Positions 1 through 13,463 of a stretch of DNA of 64,000 bases are shown here, piece by piece (within the stretch, counting starts at the first letter, position 1; each line of letters opens with the position of its first letter). The notes beneath the pieces were generated by a model. It saw only the letters and a list, made by a program, of their open reading frames with translations, was not told the origin of the DNA and did not search any database. This stretch comes from Eledone cirrhosa (Eukaryota), in NCBI GenBank assembly GCA_964016885.1, contig OZ024741.1, forward strand, positions 80,352,001-80,416,000, read 5' to 3'. The translations under genes and the position numbers were made by a program.

Positions 1-3000
1 TCTGAGATAATATTTTATGACTAGATGTCCTTCCTTATACCAATCCTTTTAGTTTTAATCCCTTCTCATTATATGGAAGGATACCATATACCTTGTGTGT
101 GTGTAATGTCTATATGTAAGTTGTTGTGTGTGTGTATGTATATATTGGACATAGCATTATCTAATGTTCCTTTGAAAATAGTAAAGAAACGTTATTGCAA
201 TATAGGACCTGCTGTTGTCCAGGGTTTAAAAAAATAGTCTCAAAACCAGAGTGTTCACGTAGAGAGACTATCTTGATGTTTGGCAGCAGCAGCTTCCTTG
301 GGGGCGGATAGGTACACAGGTTCTCACCTGACTCACACTTTCGGCTCTAGGATATTTTCTAATCACACTCCAGTGACTGCTTCTGCTTGCAGGCTAAACA
401 TAGTGTGGGACTGAATACTTGGAGATGGGCATTGCAAAACTTTTCTATGTTAGATGCATAATCAAACATCTAGAGTGACACTCTAACAGTTAACTGCACT
501 AGTTACAGGAAGTTGATTTATTGATATGTGTGTGTTTATGTATGTATATATGTATATCATTTTGTATTTGCTTTGAAAGATTCTGATGTGAAAGTTTATG
601 TTGAAACAGATATTGTTATACTTTGGGAGATTCATACTGCCAATAAAAACACTTGCACTATTTGAGTTTCACTTTGGTTTTATTATTAGTCAGGTAACTA
701 ATCCATTTATCTGTTGGTTTAGTAATAGGGTGTTTATTTATTGGCAAAGCTCTTTTGTCACAAATTCTGTGAACTTCTCAATGCCTATTTTGGCACCCTG
801 TCTCTTCTTCCTTTCAGTTCTGTTCTAGTTATTTCATCTTGTCTTTCTATGGTCTGTTTGGTATCCATCTGTAAAAACACTGTCTCAAAATGTCTTGTCC
901 AACTCCTGCTAGCTTGAAAAAAATAGATGTAAAATTACTGATTACACTGTATGCTTAAACAAACATATGATGTAGTTAAGCAAAGTATGTTTGTCATCTG
1001 ATGGTTTGTTAGTTCCTGGTGGTTTTCAGAGTTATCTCTATCTCTTGACTGAGCACTTTCTTTCTATTCACATAACTATTGGAAATAGGTAACTAACTCC
1101 TGTAGGTTACGACTCTTTGTGTTAAGGGTTGACCTCTTATATAGATGTATGGAGTATGATTGTCTTTATCAGTCTACCACAGATATCTGAAAGTAAGTTC
1201 AGGCTTCACAAGCCCATTTGTGTTGCTATGCAATCAGATTACACTTTAGAGTGGCTCTTTTCAAAATATATATTCAAAATGTCATCGAATTATTGATAAA
1301 TTTTAATTTCAAACATTTTAATACATTTATTTAAGGCTTTCTAATATACTTAATTTTAGCCCTTTTTACAAGATTTTTATTCTTTCATTTTTCCTTTTAA
1401 TTGTCATGGTTGTTATTAAGTTTTAGCTAATAGATTTATGTGGTTGAATGCTTCTGAAATGATCCACAATGTTTCTAACCTATAACATATTTTGATTTAT
1501 TAATTGAGGGCTTGTCTCTTCATATCCTATCACTGGTTATTATGTCATCACTTAACTCTTACTGCACATAGCTGTACGTTCTTTTATTTTTTTTACTTGG
1601 GTTTCAGTCATCGTGTGCAGTCATGCTTAAGCATCACTTTTTGTAAATTGGTTAGTAGTGTGGGAAAGTTTTAATTCAATGGAAGCACTATGTGGTTTAC
1701 AAATTTTTTTCTTTTTTCTTTGCTCTATTTTTTAAGGGCTGGGTTTAGCCTGGCAAATATACATTACCATCTTCATTTGTCTGTTTTTCTATGCTGGCTT
1801 GGTTTAGACATGGAGTGTAAAATCTTTAAATGTTAGTGTTACAATCAAGAAAGGTTCTCTCTTCCGTTAGCCTTTTTTTTCATATGCTGCTAAAAATGAG
1901 AAACATTGTTAATGACATTAAATATTCAAATTAGTTTGAATGGCCATTATACTTCTTGTAACAGAATTGTTTCTATCATGCATGAAACCATACCTATTTT
2001 AGTTATTTTATTGAGAACCATATACTGCTATCAAGAAAAAAAATTATCATTTGTATTAATTTTTATTTATGTGTATGTCATCTAAGCTTAGTTTCATGCC
2101 TTCTGACTGTATAAATCTTCATTTCTATTGCTATGCAATTCATACTCATCTGATTTTGTTGTTGTTGCCATAGTTGTTTTGGCAAATGGATGTGTATAAT
2201 CATCATTGTTTAACATCTATTTTCTATGCTTGCATGGGTTATATACATTCTAATCTATAATGAAACAATTTATTTTATAGTTCGGCTTTCTTTTTAAAGT
2301 GTTTATTAAGCCACTTGAGTGTGAGTATGTGTGCAGAAGCCACTTAAATCATTAACAATAATGGCCTCTTAATTAAATTTATTCAGTTTTTGTTTGCAAT
2401 GATGAAAACCCAACAATATAATGTCCTGTACCACATAAAATTGCATTAGCATGATATTCTTGAAAAGTATAAAATAACATGACTGGATCACATTAACAAT
2501 TGAATTCTTTACTTTAATAATGCAAATTTTTACAATGATCTGTCCACTAGTAAAGATACTAAGAACATTGGAATTAACAAGCTGCATTAAACCATGTTAG
2601 CAAGATATTCTTAAAAAGTACAAAACAGCACTATGATTACATCACATTAAAAACTAGTCTTCACAGTAATACAGAGAATGTTTACAACAATGTAAAGATA
2701 CTATGAACATTTGAATTAGCAAATCCATTTTTAGATATTTTCTGTTAAATCAATGCAGGATGTTAAGAGTTAAAAGGTATATATTACTACTACTACTACT
2801 ACTACTATAATGGCAGATAATTTAAATCTAAACATTTATTCAAGTGATTTATAAGTTTGTTTTTGTGTCTATTGTGCTTTTGTGCTTTGTTCTGTTACTT
2901 GACATATTTTGTATGTTTTATTTTTTGTGTAAAACATGAGCAAATTAACTGTTTTTGTAAATGAACATAAATAATGATGATTAATAATAATAATAATAGA

Positions 3001-4593
3001 TCTGCTTACTGGAACTTTGTTTTAATGACTATCTATATAACTAATACACTGGCACTTAAATTTACTGAGCATTGTATATTTTTAAGCAATCTTCATTTTA
3101 GCATTTTCAAAATGAATCTCTCTAAAAAATATTTTCTCTATATTTAAATTATTTTTTCATTTCAACTTGTCTAATCATAAAAAAAATTATCCTGTATTTG
3201 TTATTTCTTTGTATGATAAATCTTTCATATTAGCTTATTTTTAAGAGAAGAATAAAAAGATAAATATAAAAAAAAAACACTAGAATAAACTTGTATTTTA
3301 TGCAATAAATTATATATGTATATATATGCATGTGTGTGTGTGTGTGTGTGTAGGTATGTATGCATGTGTGTGTATATATGTATGTATGTGTATATATATA
3401 AATATGTTTATTGTTTAAATTTAAGCAATTCAAATATATTACAGTTAGGAAAAGTAATGTCTCACAGAAATTGGTTTCTATAACTTCATTTGGATTTCTC
3501 AATACTACACCTATATTTTGGATTTATTATTAAACTCCTTGTTTTTCTTGCTTTCTAAATCTTTTTCTTCTGTATAATCTTCACTTTTTTGCATTCATGT
3601 GTTGTATGTTTAATTAATTCTATGGGGCAGCTTGAAAAAGGAATAAATTACGAATGATGCTAAGTTTGTATATTATTGTCTTGCTCTTTTTCACAAATTT
3701 TCTGTATATAGCTTTTAAGAAAGTTTAGTTTGGATGTAGATTATATATATGTGGATGTATGTGTGAGTACACACACACATATATATTATACACATGAATT
3801 ATCAAAGTGCTGGGAGATTTGTAATTTAAAATTGTGAGTGTCCTAATTGCAGAAAAATAATTAATAATAGCTGAAAGAACCGAGTAAAAGACTCTAAAGA
3901 TGATTCTTTCAGCTATTATTTATAGCAATCAATTACAATTATTACAATTATTACAATTATTTTTCTGTTTGTCGTTCTCACATTTTCGAATATGTGTCTG
4001 TCTTTGTATGTATCTCTCTCTATATATACATATATACATATGTGTTTATGTATACACACCGTGTTTCTTCTCTCCACTATGCTGTTGTTTTGTTATATAC
4101 TGCTCAAAAAATTGCCTGTGCAGTTTAAATAACTCAAGTTGTCTGTAAGCTGTGTGGTGCTGAAGAGTGTTCAGACATATCTTCTCCATCTCCTTATATA
4201 TTTGGTTATTTGTTGTATTTTTTCAGCCAATTGTTATGGTTGTCTGTTAATTTTACTTTAAAACTGTAGCTGTTGTTTTCTCACTTATCAGTTAGCAACA
4301 TAAACTCAACAATACGTAGCAGTAGGTATATATTTACAATTAGAAGAAAATAATATATATTTTGTGCCTGTTGGTTTTTTTTTGGGGGGGGGGGGGGGGG
4401 GGGTGTTCTTGTTTTGGTAGTATATAATCATGTTTTTATCATGTAAAATACTCCAGCGTGAGTTAGAAAAGAAAACATGTGCAGGAATAGGGTTTAATAA
4501 TGAAGTTTCTATGTGTATATAGAATGGACCTGTTATTTTTATCTAAAGACATTTTTTCCAATTCCATCTCAATCTATTTTATTTCTGATTCTT

Positions 4594-4629
4594 TCTTCTG
4601 ATGAAGGACTAGCGTCCGAAACGTTAAGA
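4594..4629 (+). ncRNA. Minimal type-I hammerhead-ribozyme-like motif (Penelope-LTR type)
   Basis: tctt-CTGATGA-a-ggac-tagc-gtcc-GAAA-cgtt-aaga: stem I tctt/aaga, stem II ggac/gtcc, palindromic ACGT helix III. Degenerate copy with the same downstream flank near 49105-49165. Confidence 0.55.
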
Positions 4630-4735
4630 CCCTCTTCCTGCTATATCAAGCGTTAACCTAATATATACCTTCCATATACTGTACCGATTGTGTTGTTATT
4701 TCTGTTTACCTTTTACAAACATATATATATATATA

Positions 4736-6105
4736 TCATCTTCATCATCATTTTACGTCTGCTTTTCCCTGCTTGCAAGGGTTGGACGGGTCCTATTCAG
4801 CACAGCATCTTTACACTTGTCACGGTGCTTCGTCATCTCTAAGGTGAGGTTCAGCGATCTGAGGTTTGCTCTCACCACCTCCACCCATGTTTTTTGTGGT
4901 TTACCTCTACTGCGTCTTCCTTCTACTGGGATTTCTTGGCACTTCTTTACCCATCGGTCATCCTCCATTCGCATCACATGTCCATACCATCTCAGCCTTC
5001 TCTCCTACACACCACAACTTATCCATCCCTCTTTTACCCAGTTTCTTTCTCAACTCGTCTATGCTTGGTCGTTCACGCACATCGGCATTGCACATCCAAC
5101 GGAGCATACTTGCTACATTTCTCTCCAGCCGTCGCATATCCTCTGCAGTTGCTGCCCATGTCTCACTACCATGCAACATCACGCATCTCACACAGGCATC
5201 ATATAACCGTCCTTTCGTACGCAGGGAGAAACCCTTCTTTGTCAACAGAGGCAGCAGCTCCCTAAACTTCTTCCAACCCGTCCTTATTCTAGATACTATG
5301 GCCTCGGAACCCCCCCTCCAATGCTAATCTGATCACCTAGGTGCCGGAAGCTATTAACCACTTCTATAGAACCCACCTGCATTGGAAAAATGTGTCTATC
5401 ACTGTGATTACTACTGCCAACTTTCCCTATACATCTACTGCATACATAGTTTTCCCTACCTGTTAGTTTGCCTGCTATCCCACTACATCTGTTGTGTACC
5501 CAAGATCTCCATTGCGTACATTTTATGAAATTTATGCCAGTTCCTTTCCTACATATACCAGTCTTAAACTCCTCTGTTATGGCTTGGAGGACTATAATGA
5601 ACAAGAGCGGGCTGAGGACCGAACCCTGATGTACACCTACTTGTATCTGGAATTCCTCACTAAACTCCGTTCCTATTCTCACTTTACTGACAGCACCCCT
5701 GTACATAGCTTGCACTGTCCTCACAAGCCATTCCTCTACACCTAGTTTCCTTAGGGACCACCAGATGACAGATCGGGGTACTCTATGAAAGGCCTTCTCT
5801 AGGTCAACAAAAGCTAAGTATAGTGGCTTATTCTTCTCTAAGAACCTCTCTAATATTCTCTCTGCCACTTTCATAACTTGATCCATCAGCTTTATGCCCC
5901 TATAATTTCTCATCTCTAGAGCATCCCCTTTACCTTTGTAGCAATTTATGAGAATACTGATGCACCAGTCTTTGAGTATGACACCACCATATATAGCTTG
6001 ATTAATGATGCGTGCAACTAGTTTAGTGCCTACTTCTCCTGATGCCTTCAGCATCTCAGCAACTATCCCCGACGGTCCAGCAGCCTTACCATTCTTCATT
6101 TCCTT
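4736..6105 (-). mobile_element. RTE-clade LINE, 5'-truncated, internally deleted and frameshifted
   Basis: RT motifs MKNGKAAGPSGIVAEML, NYRGIKL, AFVDLEKAF, GVHQGSVLSPLLF; C-terminal MLHGSETW and GKPQKTW; (GAT)n 3' tail near 4736-4750. Confidence 0.9.
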
Positions 6106-7124
6106 AATTTATGGGGGAGAAAAAAGTGAGTACACAATATTGAAAATGCCACAACAATGTTTGAGCAATAATAAAAAATAGAGCATGGTATTTAGTATGC
6201 GATGAGCATATGCAAAAAAATGTTTTGAGTATCATAGTGAACTCTGTTTGGTTGATAGGGGGTTGCAAACAGATGTTATTGGTTAATGATATACCTATTG
6301 TTTGAAAAGGATTGAGGGTGTTTCATATTTAACATGATAAACATAGGATAATTTATGCAAAGCAATGTGAGGCAGACATAACTTGTGTCTGTGTATATAT
6401 AAATGTGATGATTAGAAATAAGCAAAACATAAAGGAAATATATTATTAGTGTTCCTAGATTTTGCTGCTTCAATCAACCTTTTTGAGAAATATAATTATG
6501 AAGTAAGAACTATAAGGTCTGTCTGCAGTAACCAAGCAATTCTGATCATTTAGAATTGCTTGGTTACGGTCTACATTCATGATGTCTGATATTTTTATTT
6601 CATAAATATGGAAAATTTCCTTATCATAATCTGATAGTTGTCTTCATTAGTCTCTATATATATTCACATGTACATGCACACATTGTTTATTTTGTGGTAA
6701 AAGTTTGTCGATATGACTTTGTGTAGAGTCCGATATATTTCCATTCATGTGTAACATATATAAATAACATTTTGGCTGTTGCTTTATCGACTGTTGCCCT
6801 TGTAAGGCTGTTGGTGGTTTCTCTTTTGTTTCCTGATTTCTGAATATGCCTTGAAAGTGCTATGGTGTTCTCTAAGTGACAATGAAGAAATGAGCTGTGT
6901 TTGGGTATGCAGAAGATCATGTGATCATTTAAAAATCCTGAGATTTACACCATCAACAATAATTTCTTCTCAATCTGTTGATGTGTATGTAACAGCCAAC
7001 CAAACGATACTGTGGTCGGAAATGTAATACTTGTTTACTTCGCATAACTATTTTCTGCATGCAATGTGCATTCTCCCCCCCCCCCCCCCATCCTCCCTCA
7101 ACTCACAAAATCCACAAAGAAATG

Positions 7125-7500
7125 CACAGGTATTAAATGTTGAGAATATGCAAAGGCTAGAAAGACATGAAGCAAGCATGCACTGCTGGATGTGTAATGT
7201 TAGAGTTTATGAATGACAGACAGACCACAAAATGAGATGAGAGAAAAACTGGTTATAAGAGGAATTAGACATAGTGTGCAAGGAGACTGCCTGGTACAGA
7301 TATGTGCTATGTATTGAAAATGACTATTGAGTAAAGAAGTGCTAAGTGATTGAAGAGGCAGATCGAGCAAGATACGGGAAGACCTGGTGAAATCTCAGAT
7401 GGAAATGGACTGTAATATGGGGTAAGATGCTGTGTTGGAGAAGCCTTATCTAACCTATTCAAACATGAAGAAATGGAACTAAAATGATAATGAACATGAA
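7125..7500 (+). mobile_element. Degenerate 3' fragment of RTE LINE
   Basis: NVENMQRLERHEASMHCWMCNV matches the RTE C-terminus seen at 4958-5245; ends in an atgataatga tail. Confidence 0.7.
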
Positions 7501-9321
7501 TCTATTTTTTATTTGATTGTTTAAGTCTAATACAGGACTACACAAACGGTTTAAAATATACCACCAATTACAATATTATGATTCTATTGTGAGCATAGGC
7601 TAGGATGTAGTTAGTTGGTTTAAAATCTTTTATTTTACTGCCATTATTTTTTTCTTTTGTTTATTTCTAAATGACTGTTACAAAGGATATTGACTTGATT
7701 TATGAAATATAGTTGACGGAATGGACATCTGAGCTATAACTTGTTTCCTTAGCCTTCAGTTAGTTATTTGAACTATCTCTTCAATAAAGGAGAGAGTATA
7801 CTTTCCTAGTACATTAAAGTATGAAAGCATGCTTTAATATAGTTAGCATTATATCACATTTTGCTGACCGAATATGGAAAGACAATGTTAGGATATTTGG
7901 TCATGGTTCAAATAATAATTTTAAAAAATTGAATGTCATGTTCACTTAAATATGAACCTATTTTCAATATGTTAGTGGGTGATTGGTAGTTGTAATTTGG
8001 CTTGTGGTTGTTACATTATCCAAGTGAAACAACTATATAGATATTACTTCAGCTATTTCAACAGCACTGATCATTTTAGTTACCATTTCATCATTGAAAT
8101 ATTCTAGCTATGTTAGGCTTACTCTATTTTAATTCAAACTGTTCTCTTTGATGTGTTTTTGGTTCTAACCACTATAAAGTGTCAAAAAATATTTTTAATT
8201 TGATTGTAGAAAACCCCATCTTTTAATAATTTTAATACTTTCGTTAAAAAATCTATCATTTCCCCCTTATTATTTAAAGACACTTTTATATCCTATTCCA
8301 TAACTATATTACTTATCAATCATTCATTCTTAGTTTAGTTAATTCAATTATTAGTTGTTTGTTTTTTCCATTGTACATCTTTCTTCAACAGATACCCATT
8401 TCTGTTAAATAAATTTCCATCTCCATCTACATCATAATAATCTAATATTGTTTTCTGCCTTAGTATATCCAATGGCTTTCATATGAACTAAATGTAATTA
8501 TTTAAGCTTGTTTTTAAATGTATTTATGGTTTACTTGATAAATGTGAACATCAATACTGCCTAGGAAACATGATTTAGTTTCTAGATGTGTGTTGTTTAG
8601 TTTAAATAAACTTCACATATTTTCCTTTTTGTTCTGTCTGTAATAAAATATTGTTTTACGTTTGTATAAAAATCTATGTTGGTGCTCATCATATCAGACC
8701 TCCTCTGAATGCTGCTGTCCACAATTGCTGCCTTCAAAATTACACACACACACACAATTTTTTTAAAAGTAAAGTCTTTCCATCAGTCATATGGTTATTT
8801 TTCTTTTTACAACTTTTAGTTTGTTTGAAAAGAATTGAATACGATTCATGTTTTGCTATTTTAATTTAGTGAGAAAATGTTACGTAAACGTCTCTTGTGA
8901 AAATTATTTGGTGCTAGTTTTGTTTGCGATCATGTCTATTGACAAAGCAAAGGCCAGGCATGTTACCTAGCCCATATTAACTTTAGAACGTCCAAGTTTG
9001 AGTTAGCCCCCTCCCTCTTTTTTTTTTTTCGTGTGGTTTAGATAAGTTCAGCAACAGGTTCTTAGCACTAGTTCATTTCTATCTGCCTGTAGTTGGTTGC
9101 CTTTCACTTTTGCAACATTTGTTGATCGAAAGGAGTTTCTTTACATTTTAGCTATCTTTCGCTTTTATCCCAGTGCAGTTAATCTGGTTTGCCATTCAAG
9201 CTGCCTCATTCTTTATTTTGAATGTTAAATGATATTTGTCTGTACTTCTTCATTCAGTTTAGTTTTCCTTCCACCTGTTGCTGTATTTCGATCCGAATTT
9301 TTTTTTTCTTCTCAATATCAG

Positions 9322-10351
9322 GTCCAAAGACGATTGCCGGAAGTTAAAAAAATACAGTGAGGATATACCTTCATGGTTGTCGACAGATTTCAAGAGTAAC
9401 TTTCGGATGTCGTCTGTGACGTTTTGGAAAGTGTTCAGCTACCTGCGTACGTGTCCTGAAGCAATTGAGATGGCACGAGGGAGCCAACCAGAGACCTTGG
9501 AAAAAAGTTTGTTATGTGTTCTATGGTATATGGGTTCCCAAGATTCCTTGTCAGAAATCTGTCAACGTTTTTCAATAACAGAAGGGTCTTTCCTTAACCG
9601 CCGAAACAAAATAACGAAAGCACTTCTTTCAAAGTCAAAAGAGAATCTCATTCGATGGCCTGAGAAAGACTCTGATAAGCAAATGATAGCTCAAGAATTT
9701 GAAACTCTGAGTAATTTAAAGAATGTTATTGGTGTCTTGGACACTACACACATTCAGGTGAAAGCTCTAGACAACGATAGGGAGAAATTTTACAATAAAA
9801 ATGGATACTATTCAGTGAAGTTAATTGCTGCCTGTCAGCGGGATATGAGGTTTACATTCTGTTCAACCGGACATGCTGGTCGTCTCCACGATTTTCAGAC
9901 TCTTGTTGACAGTCACCTTCTGGAGCAGGGCTCATATTTGTGCAACTCGCACCATTTGGTTGGTGATGCTGCCTTCCCCCTGTTCGATTGGTTGATCACC
10001 CCTTACACTTGTGAGTCAAAAACAGAAGCCCAACAGTACTACAACACTTGCTTGAATACTGTCCTAAAAGTCATAACACGTGCCTTTGGTCTACTACATG
10101 GACGGTTCCGGAGACTAAAGGTCATTGAGTCTACGAATCTCAAAACCATCGTGGATATAATTCACTTAGCATGTGTCCTACATAACTTCTGTATTGGCTG
10201 TGATGATACAGGTGAAGAGTATATGGTATATGAAGTGGAAGATGAAGGGGATGATGCCCTACCGGTGACCAATTTACCCCCACTCCCTGACAGTGTCAAA
10301 ATTAAGAGAGACATTATTTGCCGGAACCTTTCAATAGGGAGACAGCGCTAG
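9322..10351 (+). CDS. Harbinger/PIF transposase-derived (HARBI1/ALP1-like, DDE_Tnp_4) coding exon; probable spliced terminal exon
   Basis: Uninterrupted frame to TAG at 10349-10351. Harbinger motifs in order: DFKSNFRMS, NVIGVLDTTHI (GAIDGTHI), FYNKNGYYS, GRLHD, LVGDAAFPLFDWLITPY, RAFGLLHGRFRRL, ACVLHNFC. Preceded by the acceptor tttttttcttctcaatatcag (AG at 9320-9321, phase 2). First in-frame ATG (9407) is inside the conserved N-terminal motif. Confidence 0.9.
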
Positions 10352-10646
10352 TTTTTAATAATGGGCTGTGGTTGCACTTTAAGAATGTTTGGGTATTTGT
10401 ATGTATGTGTGACTGGGTGTGGATATATATATATGTATACATATGTATGTGTAATTGTGTGTATATATGTAGGCATATGCGTGTAAATATATAAATATGT
10501 ATGTGTATGCATATATATACACCCACAAGCCAATTTATGTAAACACGTATTTGTGTGTTTGTATACATGTTTGTGTGTGTGTGTGTGTATATATATATGG
10601 TATCTAGTGTATGTATCTGTGTATGCATAACATCAGAATCAATGAC

Positions 10647-10686
10647 AATAAATTAATCTGTACAATATTAGTATACTAAAAATAAA
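10647..10686 (+). promoter_or_regulatory. Candidate polyadenylation signals of the Harbinger exon
   Basis: AATAAA at 10647-10652 and 10681-10686, about 300 nt after the stop, followed by a T-rich tract (10715-10780). AATAAA is common in AT-rich DNA. Confidence 0.45.
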
Positions 10687-13463
10687 AAAAAAAATAACAA
10701 ACTTTGTACTTAGTCATTTTCTTTTCTTACACTATTTTCTTATATTTTCTCTATCTTAACTATTTTATTCCTATTGTTTTCCTCTATAAGTTCAATATAG
10801 CCTAAGTTTAAAAAAAAAAAGAAAAGAAAACATTTTCACCATTTCTACACACTTTTCTGTTTTATTTCGTCATGGTTTTGCATATTTCTTCCAATATAAA
10901 TAGTTTTTAACCCTTTTGTTGCCCTATATGGAAATCCAATGTTTCCATTAGTTTTGAAATTAATCAAGAATTTGGAAGGATTTAACTTTTAACACCCTGT
11001 AATTATTTCCCAGAAAATATTTAAAAACAGGTTTGTTAATTCAAATATTTATAGCATATTTTACTAGTAGATTTTTGTAAAAATGTGCAGCATCAGAGTA
11101 CAGACTTTAATTTTTTTATATGATGCAGTCGTAGTACTGATTGGTACTTTTTGAAAATGTCTTGCTTAATACAGATTCATATACAGCATAAGAGTTAATA
11201 AATCATTAAGCTGAAGTGTGGAACATAAATTTACGATAGAAGGTTTTAAATACAATTATGGACAGTTTTGTGTTACAGAGCCAGAGGTGATTTCATGCGA
11301 GTTTTCATTGCAAGGGTTGACAAAATTTATGTTGTGGAAATTAGAAATTATTGTTGTTAATGAGTTCAATCCCTACCATGATCAAATCCTGTGTCAATAA
11401 AGCTAGTCAATTACTGGGGTCCATACCCCACAAATGTTTGCCCTTGTGTCTGAATTAGAAACTATTATCGTTAGTATCAAACTAAATGCTCTGCAGTATT
11501 TTGTTCTAGCTTGTTATATTCCGAGTTTAAATCCTACCATAGTCAACTTGACCTTCCATCTTCCAGTTGAGAAAATAAAGTATTACCCAAGTGCTTGGGT
11601 CTACATATTCAACTCTACCCTCTCAACTAATTTTTGGCCTTATGCTTATATGAGAAACCAATATAGTCATTTTTATTGATATTGATTCTGAATTAAAATC
11701 CTATCAAAGTCAAATCTACCCTTAAGGTCTATAAATTAAAGTACCATAAGTATTGTATTTGATATAATCAACTACACCACCCCATCATTTTGAGGCCTTG
11801 AGTACCATAACATTTTGCATAGAATAATTTTATGAAAATATTATTTAGTAAAATAATTTTAACTATAGAGTAGTTTTAAATTCTTTTCTTCCTTTACTAA
11901 GGGATTTAGCCAATAATATTGACTCCAGTACTTGGTGGGGGGGAGGGGGTGTCAAGTCTAGTTCTTATTTTATTGATCTCTTTTTGTTGAACCATTAAGT
12001 TTTAGGCAGTAAACATAAACAAAGAAATACAATGGGCTTTCACAGTTTCCATCTATCAAATTTCACTCAAGCTGTTGGCCAACCCAAGGCTATATATAAT
12101 AAGACACTTCCCCAAGGTGATATACAATGGAACTGAATCTGAAACTGCAATTCCAAAGTGAACACCTTAACTAAATATCTATCCCTGTGCCTATATTTAA
12201 TCATTTTTAATATAAGATGAAATTAGAATTTCCATTTGAAAATATAATTTAAAAAACAGCAAGTGAAGTTTTAAATTTTCTACATCTATTAGTTTCATAA
12301 ATGCTACAGAATGCAAACATTGTAAGTATAGAATGATTTTTAATATAATAAAAAATAGGAATTTCATAAGAAAATTTAATTATGTAGTGGCAACATGTTA
12401 GTTAAATGCATTATGCCAGTCTTCAATGTTACGAGTGGTATTTCAAACAGGACCAATCCACGTCATTTCAAAATATTGTTTTTTAAATTAAATTTTTGGA
12501 TGGTAATTCTATTATTATTTTATATTAAAAATTATTCTATATTTGAAATTGTTACAATCTGTAGCATTTAAATTTTTTAAAGTACTTGCTGTCTTTTTTT
12601 AAATAAAATTTTTATTGTATATTTAGAATTATTTTATAGTTAAAATTATCTTACAAAATATTTTTATAAAATTCAATGTTTCTGTTCGAAGTCAGTTGAA
12701 TTAAAGAAAGGTTTTAATGAAAAGTTGTATGCCTACATTAGCAATTATTATTATCATTTGTATTGGCTCACTGAGGTTAACTTTGCCTTTATCCTTACGG
12801 AGTCAATAAAAAAACGTACCAGTAATGCACTGGGATCAATTTAATCTACTTTTCCCTCCCCCCAAATTGTTGATGTGCCTACCTACATCAGAAACAATTA
12901 TTTATATTGGCTCTGAAATGATTTTGGCTTTTGTTCAAAGAAAGAAGAAAAAAATTAAGAGAGTTATGTGGTGCAACTTAGTAAGTTTTTAACTCATTGC
13001 CTCTAGATTCAAAGAAATGTTTATTATCGGCAAAAATATATTTTTTTTTACGTTTTACAGAATGTTTTTATTTTAATATGATGTTTTGTTTGTGCAATAT
13101 TTTTTTTACAGCAGGATAACTACTCCAATTAATGGAAACTGTTGAGCAGTCAAACTGACTGAAACAAGGAGGGCTTTTCCAATTTAGCATATTTAAACAT
13201 TTTGATAATCAACCTGGCCAAACTAGCTGTGGTTCTTTATAACAAAACCACCCATTTTAAAGGGTTCCTATTTAGATATTCCAACATAGTTTTATATAAA
13301 AATTACATGTGAAGTTACTATCTTAGTAATGAAATAAAAGAATTTAGTAAATCTATCAACATTCTTCATTAAAATACAACGTATTTCATTAGAAATGTGG
13401 TCATGAAAAGGTTAAATTTAACATTTTTTTGTAGTTGGCAGAAAGCACGAGTCATTGACTAAA

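Noticed and set aside
4124-4144. Possible 21-nt phase-2 micro-exon (cag|tttaaataactcaagttgtct|gtaagc)
   Set aside because: Poor polypyrimidine tract and weak exonic donor context; such matches are expected by chance.
9278-9321. TTG start of the 357-aa ORF in the track
   Set aside because: The first 14 codons are the polypyrimidine tract of a splice acceptor, and TTG is not a normal eukaryotic start.
8000-11500. Autonomous Harbinger transposon
   Set aside because: No TIRs/TSD or Myb-like second ORF seen by eye, and the catalytic Glu is substituted.
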